Virus record (IMG/VR): IMGVR_UViG_3300046660_000716
Span: 1 to 64,000 of that record
Length of the DNA: 64,000 bases
Strand: one strand, 5' to 3'
This document shows positions 1 through 9,155 of the stretch, piece after piece. Below the pieces are notes generated by a model. That model made no database searches, had not been told where the DNA came from, and saw only the letters and a list, made by a program, of their open reading frames with translations. Positions within the stretch are counted from its first letter, which is position 1, and every line of letters starts with the position of its first letter. A program made the translations under genes and the position numbers.

Positions 1-171
1 CAGGCGCTCGCGCAGCGCCTCGCGGGTGCACGCGTCGCCCAGCTCGGACTCGGTGGCCCTGATGGCGATGCCCGCGCCCTTGCGGTCGAAGCCTGGAGGC
101 GGGGTGAAGACGCCGGTCACGCCGCCGCCCATCGGGTCCTCCACCAGCACGACGAATGGTTCGCTGGCCAT
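1..171 (-). CDS. small hypothetical protein, runs off left edge; paralog of the next two genes
   Basis: ATG at 171 reads MASEPFVVLVEDPMGGGVTGVFTPPPGFDRKGAGIAIRATESELGDACTREALRERL; same pattern as neighbours; not in ORF track. Confidence 0.6.
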   Translation of the reverse strand, partial: MASEPFVVLVEDPMGGGVTGVFTPPPGFDRKGAGIAIRATESELGDACTREALRERL

Positions 172-175
172 AGAT

Positions 176-418
176 TTACTCCTCATCTTCTCTCTGGTAC
201 AGGCACATGTATCCGGTTTTGAAGAGCTCGAAGCCGCGCTGCTTCATCGCCTCCACGAGCGCCTCCTCGGTCTGGCCGCCTTCCGGCAGGGCATCCCAGG
301 TTGCCGAAATGGCCATTCTGGCCTCTTTCTCCGTGAAATTGTCCGGCGCCTGGAAGACGCAGGTGTGCGCCTCCCAGAGCGAGTCGCCGCCTTCCACGCT
401 CACGAACGGCCCGGCCAT
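176..418 (-). CDS. small hypothetical protein (tandem paralog)
   Basis: MAGPFVSVEGG...; start overlaps the stop of 418..627 (ATGA coupling). Confidence 0.7.
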   Translation of the reverse strand: MAGPFVSVEGGDSLWEAHTCVFQAPDNFTEKEARMAISATWDALPEGGQTEEALVEAMKQRGFELFKTGYMCLYQREDEE

Positions 419-627
419 CAGTTGACCTTCAGGTTGACGGTGGTCAGTTCGAAGCGGGTGAAGCCCAGGATTTCGAGGCGCTCGAAGAATTCCTCGTAGT
501 CGCCCAGCTCGTCCTTGTCCACCTCCAGGATGGCGCGCTCGGCCTGCTCGAAGGTCCAGCCTTCGGGGGCCACCACGTTGAGGGCGTTCTGGCCCTCCAT
601 GTTGTCGATGCACAGATGCAGTGCCAT
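418..627 (-). CDS. small hypothetical protein (tandem paralog)
   Basis: 69-aa ORF with AGGAG Shine-Dalgarno, coupled to the downstream gene. Confidence 0.7.
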   Translation of the reverse strand: MALHLCIDNMEGQNALNVVAPEGWTFEQAERAILEVDKDELGDYEEFFERLEILGFTRFELTTVNLKVN

Positions 628-637
628 GTGTCTCTCC

Positions 638-1405
638 TTATGCTATGGAGCGCGCCAGGGGTATGACGACGTTCCGTATGTTGTGGGTGATGTCTATCTC
701 GCTCTTGTCGATGTCGGTGCCGTCGCTGTCTATCAGGTACAGGGACCGGCCGGCGTGGCGCGCGAAGGCCGACGCCGAGTTGAACTCGCGGTAGAACCCC
801 GCGGGGAGGCGGAGCGCCGAGTACTCCGAGAGGAACTGCTGCAGCGTCGCCGCCGCCTCCACCCTGTCGGCGCGCTCGATCAGCCCGAGGACGTCGAGCA
901 CCATGCGCGTCACGAACTGGCGGTGCAGGTGGCGCTTCTCCTCCGGCACGCCCTTCAGGTCCACGGTCCCGCGCCTCGGCACGCCGTAGACCTCGACCGT
1001 CCCCAGCTTGGCGAACGCCGTGTAGCCGTTCTTGAGCTTGAACTTGGTGCCGTCGCTCAGCACCAGCCGGGCGGGAGGCGGGCCGGTAACGAACACCGCA
1101 TCCCGCTTGACCGAGAGGATCCGGTCGTCCCCGATGCTGTTGATCTGCAGCATGTTCTCCACGCGGCGCCGGATGCCGTCGGTGATCTTCCCGGAGAGCG
1201 CCTTCAGCTCCGGCGTCCTGGAGAGCTTGCCGATCGCGACGGACTGCTGGTGCTTCGGCAGGGCCTCGACCTCAGCCAGGACGGCGCGCGGAAGCAGCCC
1301 CTCGGACCGGATCACGGTCATGCCGGCCGAAACCATGTCGACCTCCGTGATCTGTCCGACGAACACGTCGACCGGCGCCGTGTAATTCATGCCTGGCAAA
1401 GCCAT
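638..1405 (-). CDS. family B DNA polymerase palm-like protein (short, no exonuclease domain)
   Basis: EVDMVSAGMTVI resembles PolB motif A (DxxS); ILSVKRDAVFV resembles motif C; only 255 aa. Confidence 0.5.
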   Translation of the reverse strand: MALPGMNYTAPVDVFVGQITEVDMVSAGMTVIRSEGLLPRAVLAEVEALPKHQQSVAIGKLSRTPELKALSGKITDGIRRRVENMLQINSIGDDRILSVKRDAVFVTGPPPARLVLSDGTKFKLKNGYTAFAKLGTVEVYGVPRRGTVDLKGVPEEKRHLHRQFVTRMVLDVLGLIERADRVEAAATLQQFLSEYSALRLPAGFYREFNSASAFARHAGRSLYLIDSDGTDIDKSEIDITHNIRNVVIPLARSIA

Positions 1406-1417
1406 CTGCTCTCCTAG

Positions 1418-2833
1418 TTATGCTGCCTTCGATGTCACGATCTGCTTGATGCGCTCGTTGAACTCCACGATGTACATCGGCGAGTTAGGCATGCGCACCA
1501 GGAACCCGCGCACGATGCCGCCCTTGCCGTCCTTCGACTCCTGCGAGGAGACGCTCATGCCCGACGGATCGCCGCCGTGCGAGGAGATGAACTGCTGGAA
1601 CATCAGCAGGAAGGTGTTGTCGTTGGCCATGGCTTCCTCGCCGATCGCCTCGTCCATCAGCCAGTCGGTCAGGCTGTCGGTAGCGTAGATCACGGCGGTG
1701 GCGCGGGGCGCGACCAGGGGGATGACCGGTTCCTCCGGCTCGTTGGCGACGATTGCCGGCTCATCCGCTGGGATCGGAGGAACCACCGCGGCCTCGGCCG
1801 TGCGCTCCTCGTTCGACACCGGGGGCAGAGCCTCGCCGGAGCCGTCGCCCGTGAGTTCAGTGAGCACCTCGGCTTCTGGTTGACTGGAAGCGTTGAGTAC
1901 CACTTCCAGGGTGACGTGCTGCAGTTGGGGCGCCACGCTGCCCTGTTGGACGAGCTCGTCGATTTTGGCGCGCGTCTCATTCGTTACCTGATCGACAACC
2001 TCGTACTCCAGCACGCTTTGTGGCCGGATCACAGGAGAAGCAAGTGCATCGTCGATGCCGTCGGCGGCCGGGGCTTTGGCCTGGGTCCGCGGCGGACTTG
2101 CGTCGTCCAGCACGCTCTGCAGGTACGCCGCGATGGCCTCGCCCTCGGGCCAGTCGCCGCCGCTCAGGGCCATGGCGTGCGCCGCCAGGTCGTTGCACAG
2201 GTCGTGGACGCGCTCGCCCCAGTCGACCGAGGAAGCGAACGGCTGGGTGATGGCCGGCCAGATCACGTCGTTGAAGAACTTCTCCTCGTCGGGCCACGCC
2301 TTGGTGGTGTCCAGCACTTCTTCGAACGAGATGCCGATGAAGGCGTCCGCCTCGGCCTTGATGAACTCGGGGGTGCGGTCGCGGCCGCCGGTGCGTTCGG
2401 CGAAGTTGGCACAGTCGCGGTCGTAGATCATGAAGACCTTGATCAGCCGCACGGGCTGGTCGCCGAACTTGCCGCCGAAGTCGCCGCGCGCCAGCGCCTC
2501 GTTGTGCTCCCTGGTGTCCTTCTCCAGGTCGCGCACGCCGTTGGCGTCCACGATGGTCAGGACCGCCGTCCCGCCCGGGGTCGGCTCGGGGATGGTGCCG
2601 TAGAAGTTCCCGTTGAACTCCGTGCGGCACGTCATCGCGCCCTTCATGTGCTGGTACTGCGCTTTCGTCACGAAGACGTAGTCGTCGCCCGGCCCGCGTC
2701 GCTTGCGGGTCGTGCTCTGCGGCCACTTCAGCAGGTTCTCCGGCCAGCCCTTCTGCAGGCGGGCCGCGAGCTCGGACTTGCCGGAGCCCGATGGGCCGCT
2801 GAATGCTACGATCGTGATGTGGTTCTGTGTCAT
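1418..2833 (-). CDS. guanylate kinase-like P-loop protein with long C-terminal extension
   Basis: FSGPSGSGKS Walker A, TTRKRR..DDYVFV, EFNGNFYGT are GMK hallmarks; ATG at 2833 with GAGG RBS. Confidence 0.8.
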   Translation of the reverse strand: MTQNHITIVAFSGPSGSGKSELAARLQKGWPENLLKWPQSTTRKRRGPGDDYVFVTKAQYQHMKGAMTCRTEFNGNFYGTIPEPTPGGTAVLTIVDANGVRDLEKDTREHNEALARGDFGGKFGDQPVRLIKVFMIYDRDCANFAERTGGRDRTPEFIKAEADAFIGISFEEVLDTTKAWPDEEKFFNDVIWPAITQPFASSVDWGERVHDLCNDLAAHAMALSGGDWPEGEAIAAYLQSVLDDASPPRTQAKAPAADGIDDALASPVIRPQSVLEYEVVDQVTNETRAKIDELVQQGSVAPQLQHVTLEVVLNASSQPEAEVLTELTGDGSGEALPPVSNEERTAEAAVVPPIPADEPAIVANEPEEPVIPLVAPRATAVIYATDSLTDWLMDEAIGEEAMANDNTFLLMFQQFISSHGGDPSGMSVSSQESKDGKGGIVRGFLVRMPNSPMYIVEFNERIKQIVTSKAA

Positions 2834-2921
2834 GTTTGTCCTCAAGGTTAAACGGATTGCAGGCCCGTATATCATTTGGTTGCGACGGCCTTCCGCCCAC
2901 AAAACTAGGGCGGTTTGGACT

Positions 2922-2940
2922 GAAGCATGATATAATTCCA
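2922..2940 (+). promoter_or_regulatory. putative promoter (TATAAT -10-like) in AT-rich divergent intergenic region
   Basis: GAAGCATGATATAATTC upstream of the RNAP gene; related GAAGCATATAATTC at ~49622. Confidence 0.4.
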
Positions 2941-3005
2941 CGTATTTTGTTTGATCAAGAAAGGCCGAACTATTCCATGTTCGCACATCAAAAGGGAGAA
3001 AACAC

Positions 3006-4415
3006 GTGAGAATCACACTGAACCCGCTCGACGAGGGCTTCGACCCGTTCTTCACCGTAACGGACCACTCGCCGGTGATCGAGAAGACCGGCAAGTTCTC
3101 GGACGGCGGCGTGTTCTCCGAGCGCATCTTCGGCCGCATCCCGTCGAGCGGCCGCGAGTACGCGTGCGACTGCCCGTCCACGCAGAAGCCCATCGAGGGC
3201 CGGTTCTACGAGGGCACGATCTGCCCCAAGTGCAACGCCGCCGTCACCTGCCGCGACACGGTGTTTTCCAAGAAGGGCTGGGTCGACCTGGGCGCGCACC
3301 AGATCATCAGCCCGCTCTTCTTCCAGTACTTCGCCAAGGTGGTCGGTCCGACCCAGCTGGCCAAGATCGTCCACCAGAAGCGCGTCCTGACCATGGACGG
3401 CATCATCAAGGTGGCGGACGACGCCGGACCGTTCGACAACATGGGCCTCGCCGAGTTCTCCCGGCGCTGGCCCGAGGTCCTGGACCACTTCGAGGCCAAG
3501 AAGAAGTCCGATCCGCGCGTCGCCGAGTTCGCCCGCATCATCCGCGAGAACCCGACGATGGTGATGACCTCCAAGATCCTGGTTTTCAACCACATCCTGC
3601 GCCCGGCGCTGGTCGTGGAGAAGCAGATGATCTTCGACGAGGTCAACAACCTGTACAACCTGCTGATCAGCAACGCGTCGGTGCTGAACGACTACACGCC
3701 GGAGGAGGCCACGGACGGCAACGTCAACGCGGTCCTGTGGCGCATCCAGGAGCGGGCGAACGAGATCTTCGACCACGTCCTGTTCGTGCTGTCCGGCAAG
3801 GGCGGCTACCTGCGCGGCCAGCTGCTCGGCAACCGCATCAACTTCTGCGGCCGCATGGTCATCACCCCGCTCGGCCCCGGCCACGAGCAGGACGAGGTCG
3901 AGGTCCCGTACCTGGCCTTCCTGGAGATGTACCGCTTCCAGCTGACCAACCTGACCGCCCGCATGAAGGGCATCTCGCTAGCGAAGGCCAACGACCTGTG
4001 GCACGAGGCCCAGACCAAGTTCGACCCGTCGATGTACGCGGCGATGCTCCAGCTGATCAAGCGCGGCCCGGACGGCCACGGCCTGTACGCGCTGCTGAAT
4101 CGCAACCCGACCATCGCGTTCGGCTCCATCCTGCGCGTGCGCATCACCGGCATCAAGCGCGACCCGCTCGACTACACGATGAGCGTGCACAACGGCATCC
4201 TGAAGCTGATCGGCGGCGACTACGACGGCGACGTCTGCGCCCTGATCCCGTTCCTGGACCGCGACTTCGCCGACGCCTTCCGCGTCTTCGACCCGCGCCT
4301 CATGATGATCTCGCGCGACGGCCCACGCGTCAACCGCGCCATGCTCATGGACAAGGACCACGTCCTGGGCCTGAGCGTGCTGACCGAGGACGATCCGCGC
4401 CTCATGGTCGCATAG
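3006..4415 (+). CDS. phage multisubunit RNA polymerase beta-prime subunit, N-terminal/catalytic part (split RNAP)
   Basis: GVFSERIFG, Zn finger CDC...CPKC, LSGKGGYLR, NRNPTI, catalytic GGDYDGD; ends shortly after the catalytic loop. Confidence 0.9.
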   Translation: MRITLNPLDEGFDPFFTVTDHSPVIEKTGKFSDGGVFSERIFGRIPSSGREYACDCPSTQKPIEGRFYEGTICPKCNAAVTCRDTVFSKKGWVDLGAHQIISPLFFQYFAKVVGPTQLAKIVHQKRVLTMDGIIKVADDAGPFDNMGLAEFSRRWPEVLDHFEAKKKSDPRVAEFARIIRENPTMVMTSKILVFNHILRPALVVEKQMIFDEVNNLYNLLISNASVLNDYTPEEATDGNVNAVLWRIQERANEIFDHVLFVLSGKGGYLRGQLLGNRINFCGRMVITPLGPGHEQDEVEVPYLAFLEMYRFQLTNLTARMKGISLAKANDLWHEAQTKFDPSMYAAMLQLIKRGPDGHGLYALLNRNPTIAFGSILRVRITGIKRDPLDYTMSVHNGILKLIGGDYDGDVCALIPFLDRDFADAFRVFDPRLMMISRDGPRVNRAMLMDKDHVLGLSVLTEDDPRLMVA

Positions 4416-4488
4416 CATTGCGCTACCGGAGGGAGTTGCGCCCCTCCGCACCTGGCCGCGAGGCCGTTACTACACTAGGAGCAACACC

Positions 4489-4761
4489 ATGCTTTTCCTG
4501 AAAGTCATGTACGACGACGGGCTGCCCGACACGTCGCGCGCGAAGTCGTTCAAGGTCATCCAGCTGGAGGACGACCTGCTGGTCGACTTCTTCAAGGAGT
4601 CGCCGGAGGTCCGCGGTCAGGGCGACTTCAACGAGAAGTACCTGCACACCGCCCGCGTCATGCGCGGCGGCGAGGTCGTCGAGCAGTTCGCCCTCAAGGG
4701 CACGGCGTACCTGATGACCGAGCGCGGCGCCACGATCGCCACCTACCAGCCGATCGGTTAA
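4489..4761 (+). CDS. hypothetical protein
   Basis: 90-aa ORF, AGGAG RBS, followed by terminator. Confidence 0.75.
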   Translation: MLFLKVMYDDGLPDTSRAKSFKVIQLEDDLLVDFFKESPEVRGQGDFNEKYLHTARVMRGGEVVEQFALKGTAYLMTERGATIATYQPIG

Positions 4762-4767
4762 ACAGCA

Positions 4768-4798
4768 GGCGAAGCCCCTCCGGGGCTTCGCCATTTTC
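4768..4798 (+). terminator. intrinsic terminator
   Basis: GGCGAAGCCCC-TCC-GGGGCTTCGCC followed by ATTTTC. Confidence 0.7.
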
Positions 4799-4811
4799 AT
4801 ACGGGATTCCT

Positions 4812-5144
4812 ATGAACCAACTGAGCTTCAAATACGGTGCGTCGTTCAATGTTGACGTTGATGCGCCGGTAGATATCGGCTGCTGCACGTACGCGGGCGA
4901 CCCATGTACTCCCACTCTAGACTACGTCAGCGATAGCCAGAACGATCTGGAGCGAAACATTCGCAATGACGAAGGTCACATCGTCGTCAACGATCACCTC
5001 CTGATCGGTAAGTCGCTGCACGACTTCCGCGGTGGCCCGGTCGTCTCTGTGCTGATCGCAATCCCGGATCCGCTGGACGATCCGAAAACGGCGACTCCGA
5101 TCGCCGTGGTCTTCGAGAACCCAAAAATGCCGGCGGTGGTCTGA
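4812..5144 (+). CDS. hypothetical protein (paralog of next gene)
   Basis: shares F.YG..FN, H.LIGK, GG..VSV and P..VVF..P with 5145..5483. Confidence 0.65.
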   Translation: MNQLSFKYGASFNVDVDAPVDIGCCTYAGDPCTPTLDYVSDSQNDLERNIRNDEGHIVVNDHLLIGKSLHDFRGGPVVSVLIAIPDPLDDPKTATPIAVVFENPKMPAVV

Positions 5145-5483
5145 ATGGCTACCCTCCACACCTTCGCCTATGGCGTTACGTTCAATGGCATCGTTGCCCT
5201 GCCAGGTGGTCGCACCCTGCGCTTGGACACCCTCGGCGAATCCGTCGACATGGTGAGCTACGTCGGCAACGACATCTTCAAGATCAAGGCGTTCCTGCTG
5301 GACCTCGTGCGCCCGCACACCGCACGCGCGCTGCAGTTCATCGATGAAGGCCACGAACTGATCGGCAAGCCCATGCTCAACATCGGCGGTGAGATCGTGT
5401 CCGTGATGCTGAAGACCGGCGAGTCCGAGCCCGTCCTGGTTGTGTTCCGCGAACCCACTCGCCTTAAGGGCGCCATCGAGTAG
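5145..5483 (+). CDS. hypothetical protein (paralog of previous gene)
   Basis: abuts previous stop; shared motifs. Confidence 0.7.
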   Translation: MATLHTFAYGVTFNGIVALPGGRTLRLDTLGESVDMVSYVGNDIFKIKAFLLDLVRPHTARALQFIDEGHELIGKPMLNIGGEIVSVMLKTGESEPVLVVFREPTRLKGAIE

Positions 5484-5656
5484 CCTTCTCCCCGAACCAA
5501 TCCGATGCGGGGTCCGAGCGACCCTCCCGCCCCGCACGTTCCACCACTCCCCATCAACCCCATCTCCATTAGGAGCACGACGGCGCCACCAACGCCCGGA
5601 GGGACCCGGCACGCACCCGCAACACGCCGGAATCCCCGAACCAAGAGGAACACCTC

Positions 5657-6187
5657 ATGCTCAGAAAACTCATCGCTGCCGCTCTGTCCGCAGCCCTGCT
5701 GGCCGCGCTACCCGCGCTGGCCCAAACCCTGACGTCCGAGGGCTCACCGGCCGCGCGCAACTGCCTGGTTGCCGCCGCCTGGATCGAGGCCCGCGGCCGA
5801 CCCGCCATAGAGGCGGAGGCCGTCATGCACGTCATCGTGAACCGCTCGAACCATCCGGCGTACGGAGGCACGGCCTGCGACGTGGTGCTGGCCAAGGGTC
5901 AGTTCCAGATGGTGCCCGCCGTCCGGTCAGCGCTCAGGCGCGTCCGCGACGGAACCGCGCCCGTGACGGTCATGTCCAAGAAACACGACGACCCGGAGAT
6001 CGCCCGGCTGATCGAGTGCGCGGAGCGCGTGCTCGAAGGCGGCGACGACCCGACGCACGGCGCCACGCACTTCTACTCGCCCAAGCTCCGCATAGCGATG
6101 AACCTGGACCGCGTCCCCTACTGGGCGCGCAGGATGCCGCTGACGGCCTCGCTCGGCGAGTTCCGCTTCCACCGCCTCCGGTCCTAG
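5657..6187 (+). CDS. SleB-like cell wall hydrolase (Hydrolase_2) with signal peptide
   Basis: WIEARG, AVMHVIVNR, VVLAKGQF, DPTHGATHFY, PYWA motifs; N-terminal signal peptide. Confidence 0.85.
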   Translation: MLRKLIAAALSAALLAALPALAQTLTSEGSPAARNCLVAAAWIEARGRPAIEAEAVMHVIVNRSNHPAYGGTACDVVLAKGQFQMVPAVRSALRRVRDGTAPVTVMSKKHDDPEIARLIECAERVLEGGDDPTHGATHFYSPKLRIAMNLDRVPYWARRMPLTASLGEFRFHRLRS

Positions 6188-6240
6188 CGATCCAAGGGCT
6201 GCCACGGGCCGATATCATGGTACCGAGCAAACACCCAAGT

Positions 6241-6265
6241 CCCCATGCCCCATTTGGGCATGGGG
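6241..6265. repeat. CCATGCC/GGCATGG hairpin family, copy 1
   Basis: CCCCATGCCC-CATTT-GGGCATGGGG. Confidence 0.7.
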
Positions 6266-6290
6266 CGCAAACAACGAAGGAGAAATTTGC

Positions 6291-7220
6291 ATGACGATGC
6301 CAACAGCAACGACCGACAACTTCGTCGGTCTCTTCGGTCGCCAGGCCCCGATCGGCCTCGACATACCGCAGTGGGTCACCGTGTACGTGCCGCACGGCGC
6401 GTGGCAGAAGCAGGAGGTCGGCGGGACCGTCGGCGGTTTCATGGCGGTCCTGGTGGAGGGCCTGGCGGTGATCGGGCTCACCGGGGTCACGATCGTCATC
6501 GACGAGAACGTGAAGACCTGGTCCATGCACAGCCTGAACGACCTCGGGGCCACGCTCAAGGGCGCGGTCGCGCCGAGCCGGCCCTACTTCCGGATCATCG
6601 TCTCCAACGTGGCGGCGGCCCTCGAGAACGACGGGGCGACCATGAGCGGCCCTCTGCTCGTCGTCACCAACGGCGAGGCGGTCGCCGTGCCGGAGGCGGT
6701 GCTGAGGGGCGGCGACGCGATCTGCGTGGACGTCGCCACCACGATGGTCGCCAAGACCACGCACCCGTACGAGCTGTCGAAGGACGCCATTCAGGAGCTG
6801 GGCGTCAAGGACCTGTACAAGCAGCCGCAGTGGGCCGAGAAGTGGTCGCGGACCGTCCTGCGCTCGACCACCGCCCTGATGGCGCTGAACGTCCTGGCCA
6901 AGCCCGAGCGCTTCGGCATGAACCGCTTCTTCTTCGCCTGCGACTTCCTCGACGAGACGATCATGCAGGCCGTCAACGCGCGGGGTGTTCGCCCTCGCTT
7001 CCGCGACGAAAAGAAGACGCGAACCAAGAAAACGAAAGACGCAGCTGCTGTTCAGCCCGATCCACCGACCGACGGCCCCGCTCCCGCGTCGGCCGCTGGC
7101 ATGGGCGAGGCGATCCTGGAGGCGGCATCCGTCGTCTTCGGAACCGACCACGTGCGCCAGACGGCCGACTTCCTCCAGATGTTCGCCGACCAGATCAACA
7201 CGCAACCGCAATTCGCATAA
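6291..7220 (+). CDS. hypothetical protein, first gene of the putative Ubl-system operon
   Basis: 309 aa, AAGGAG RBS, 9-nt gap to the next gene. Confidence 0.75.
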   Translation: MTMPTATTDNFVGLFGRQAPIGLDIPQWVTVYVPHGAWQKQEVGGTVGGFMAVLVEGLAVIGLTGVTIVIDENVKTWSMHSLNDLGATLKGAVAPSRPYFRIIVSNVAAALENDGATMSGPLLVVTNGEAVAVPEAVLRGGDAICVDVATTMVAKTTHPYELSKDAIQELGVKDLYKQPQWAEKWSRTVLRSTTALMALNVLAKPERFGMNRFFFACDFLDETIMQAVNARGVRPRFRDEKKTRTKKTKDAAAVQPDPPTDGPAPASAAGMGEAILEAASVVFGTDHVRQTADFLQMFADQINTQPQFA

Positions 7221-7229
7221 GGAACCACC

Positions 7230-9155
7230 ATGGAAGAGACCCAAGCACCGGCAGCACCGCCTCGACGCGCCAGCAGCCCGGTAGTAGCTCCGGTCAGGGA
7301 CCGGCCCGCCGGATCGAGCACGCTGCGCTCCCTGCGCGAGCTCTCGCCGGAGGCGGTGGCGGAGCTGAATAAGGCGCCGTCCATCCCGACGTACATGTAC
7401 GTCGACGTCTCCACCTGGTACGTGGCAGACCAGAAGGGCATCCCGATCAAGGCCATTGAGGTCAGCAGTGTCCCGACCGGCTACGCGCGCACCATGTACA
7501 TCTCCTGGCTGAGCGAGCAGCGCTCGTTCTGCTGGCGGGGTATGCGATATGTGTACTCATGCCACCCGGACGAGCACCCTGGTGAGGACGACGTAATCGT
7601 CGACCGCAGCTACCAGTTCCCCCATCTGAGCGACAAAGATCCGAGCGCCATCGACATCCCGATCCTCCACGCCCTGCACTACCTGCTGAGCGGCCATTCG
7701 ACCCAGGTCACGGTGGACGCCTACGCGCTGGGCGTGGACCCGCTCGCCGCGATCCGCGACTGGTCGGCCGACAAGGTCGCTGCGTTCGGCCAGTGGGCCG
7801 TGTACATCCGCGGCTCCGTGACCGCCACGACCTTCACCGTGCTGGAGATGGCGTCGCTCTACGAGTCCGAGACCGAGGGCATCCTGCGCGGACGCCTCGA
7901 CTGGGTGCGCTTCCCGGACGGCGACGGCTGCGGCAACGTCCTCGCGGTCAGCGAGCTCAGCTACGTCGGCGAGGACTTCGAGGACGAGCTTGGCGTGCCG
8001 CACTGGCGGGTCGGCGACGAGTGGACGGCCAACGTCATGGACCGCGACGGCATACTGCACGCCCACGTGGACGTCAAGAACTTCGGCGTTGTGCCACGAT
8101 CCCGCGCCCACAAGCTCATGGAGCTCGCGGCCAAGATGAGCGGTGCGGTCGTCTCCAAGCTGAATCTGGCCTCGGGCGGCAACACGTTCGCGGACATCGA
8201 GGGCTTCTCGATGGAATCGCTCGACCAGATGATCGCGTTCATCGGCAGCGACTCGGTGGACAGCCTCGTCACCTGGGAGCAGCTGAAGCGAGGCCACACG
8301 CACATCAACCAGGTGCCGATCAGCACAACGATCGGCTACGAGGTGAGCCACTGGGTGGACGCAGCGCTGAGCAAGCTCGTGTGGGCCGGCGCCGCAGAGA
8401 TCACGTCCGCCCTGCGCACAGGCCGCGAGATCAGCATGGACACAATCGACATAAGCGACTTCGCGAAGATCGAGTTCCCGCAGAACGACCTGATCGAGTC
8501 CATCAAGATGCTCAAGGGCGGCACCGTGCGCGTGATCCTGAAGGACGTGGTCTACCCGACCCAGGTCCTGCGCCGCGGCATCACCTACATCGAGGACGAC
8601 GCGGGTTCGGTGCTGAGCGACATGTCCATCAGGGCGTTCGACCTGGACTTCCGCGGCAACCTGACCAAGTTCCCGAACGCCACGGCGTACGCCGACGAGG
8701 CGTGCAAGCACATCGCGCGTCACACCAACATCTCCAGCGGCGGTCGCGTGTGCCTGGGCAACATCAACCAGGGTATGACCGAGGCCGAGATCGCCGCGCG
8801 CGGCGGCTTCGGCATGCCGTCCGTGGGGGACTTCCTGCAGATGCTCCGCCAGTGCAACCTGGACAGCGCGTACCACGGGGGCCGCGAGTTCGTCCTGGCC
8901 GACCCGGAATCGGTCGAGCAGGGCCACTACTCGAACGCGCCGAAGTGGCGCATCCCCGGCCTGCGCCGCATCGAGGTCGACGACTTCGCGGAGCTGCGCA
9001 AGCAGTTCGCAGCCCAGGCCGCCGCTGAGGCGGAGGAAGACGGCGAGGAGGCCGACCCGATCGCCGAGGGCGCCGCCGATGCCGAACCGGCGACGGAGGC
9101 CGAGCCGGAAACTACCGAAGAACCAACAGAGGAGGCCGCAGATGCCGATAACTAG
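7230..9155 (+). CDS. large protein with C-terminal prokaryotic E2 (ubiquitin-conjugating)-like domain
   Basis: HTNISSGGRVCLGN (8721-8762) matches the E2 HPNxxxxGxICL active-site pattern; adjacent ThiF gene; acidic tail. Confidence 0.7.
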   Translation: MEETQAPAAPPRRASSPVVAPVRDRPAGSSTLRSLRELSPEAVAELNKAPSIPTYMYVDVSTWYVADQKGIPIKAIEVSSVPTGYARTMYISWLSEQRSFCWRGMRYVYSCHPDEHPGEDDVIVDRSYQFPHLSDKDPSAIDIPILHALHYLLSGHSTQVTVDAYALGVDPLAAIRDWSADKVAAFGQWAVYIRGSVTATTFTVLEMASLYESETEGILRGRLDWVRFPDGDGCGNVLAVSELSYVGEDFEDELGVPHWRVGDEWTANVMDRDGILHAHVDVKNFGVVPRSRAHKLMELAAKMSGAVVSKLNLASGGNTFADIEGFSMESLDQMIAFIGSDSVDSLVTWEQLKRGHTHINQVPISTTIGYEVSHWVDAALSKLVWAGAAEITSALRTGREISMDTIDISDFAKIEFPQNDLIESIKMLKGGTVRVILKDVVYPTQVLRRGITYIEDDAGSVLSDMSIRAFDLDFRGNLTKFPNATAYADEACKHIARHTNISSGGRVCLGNINQGMTEAEIAARGGFGMPSVGDFLQMLRQCNLDSAYHGGREFVLADPESVEQGHYSNAPKWRIPGLRRIEVDDFAELRKQFAAQAAAEAEEDGEEADPIAEGAADAEPATEAEPETTEEPTEEAADADN

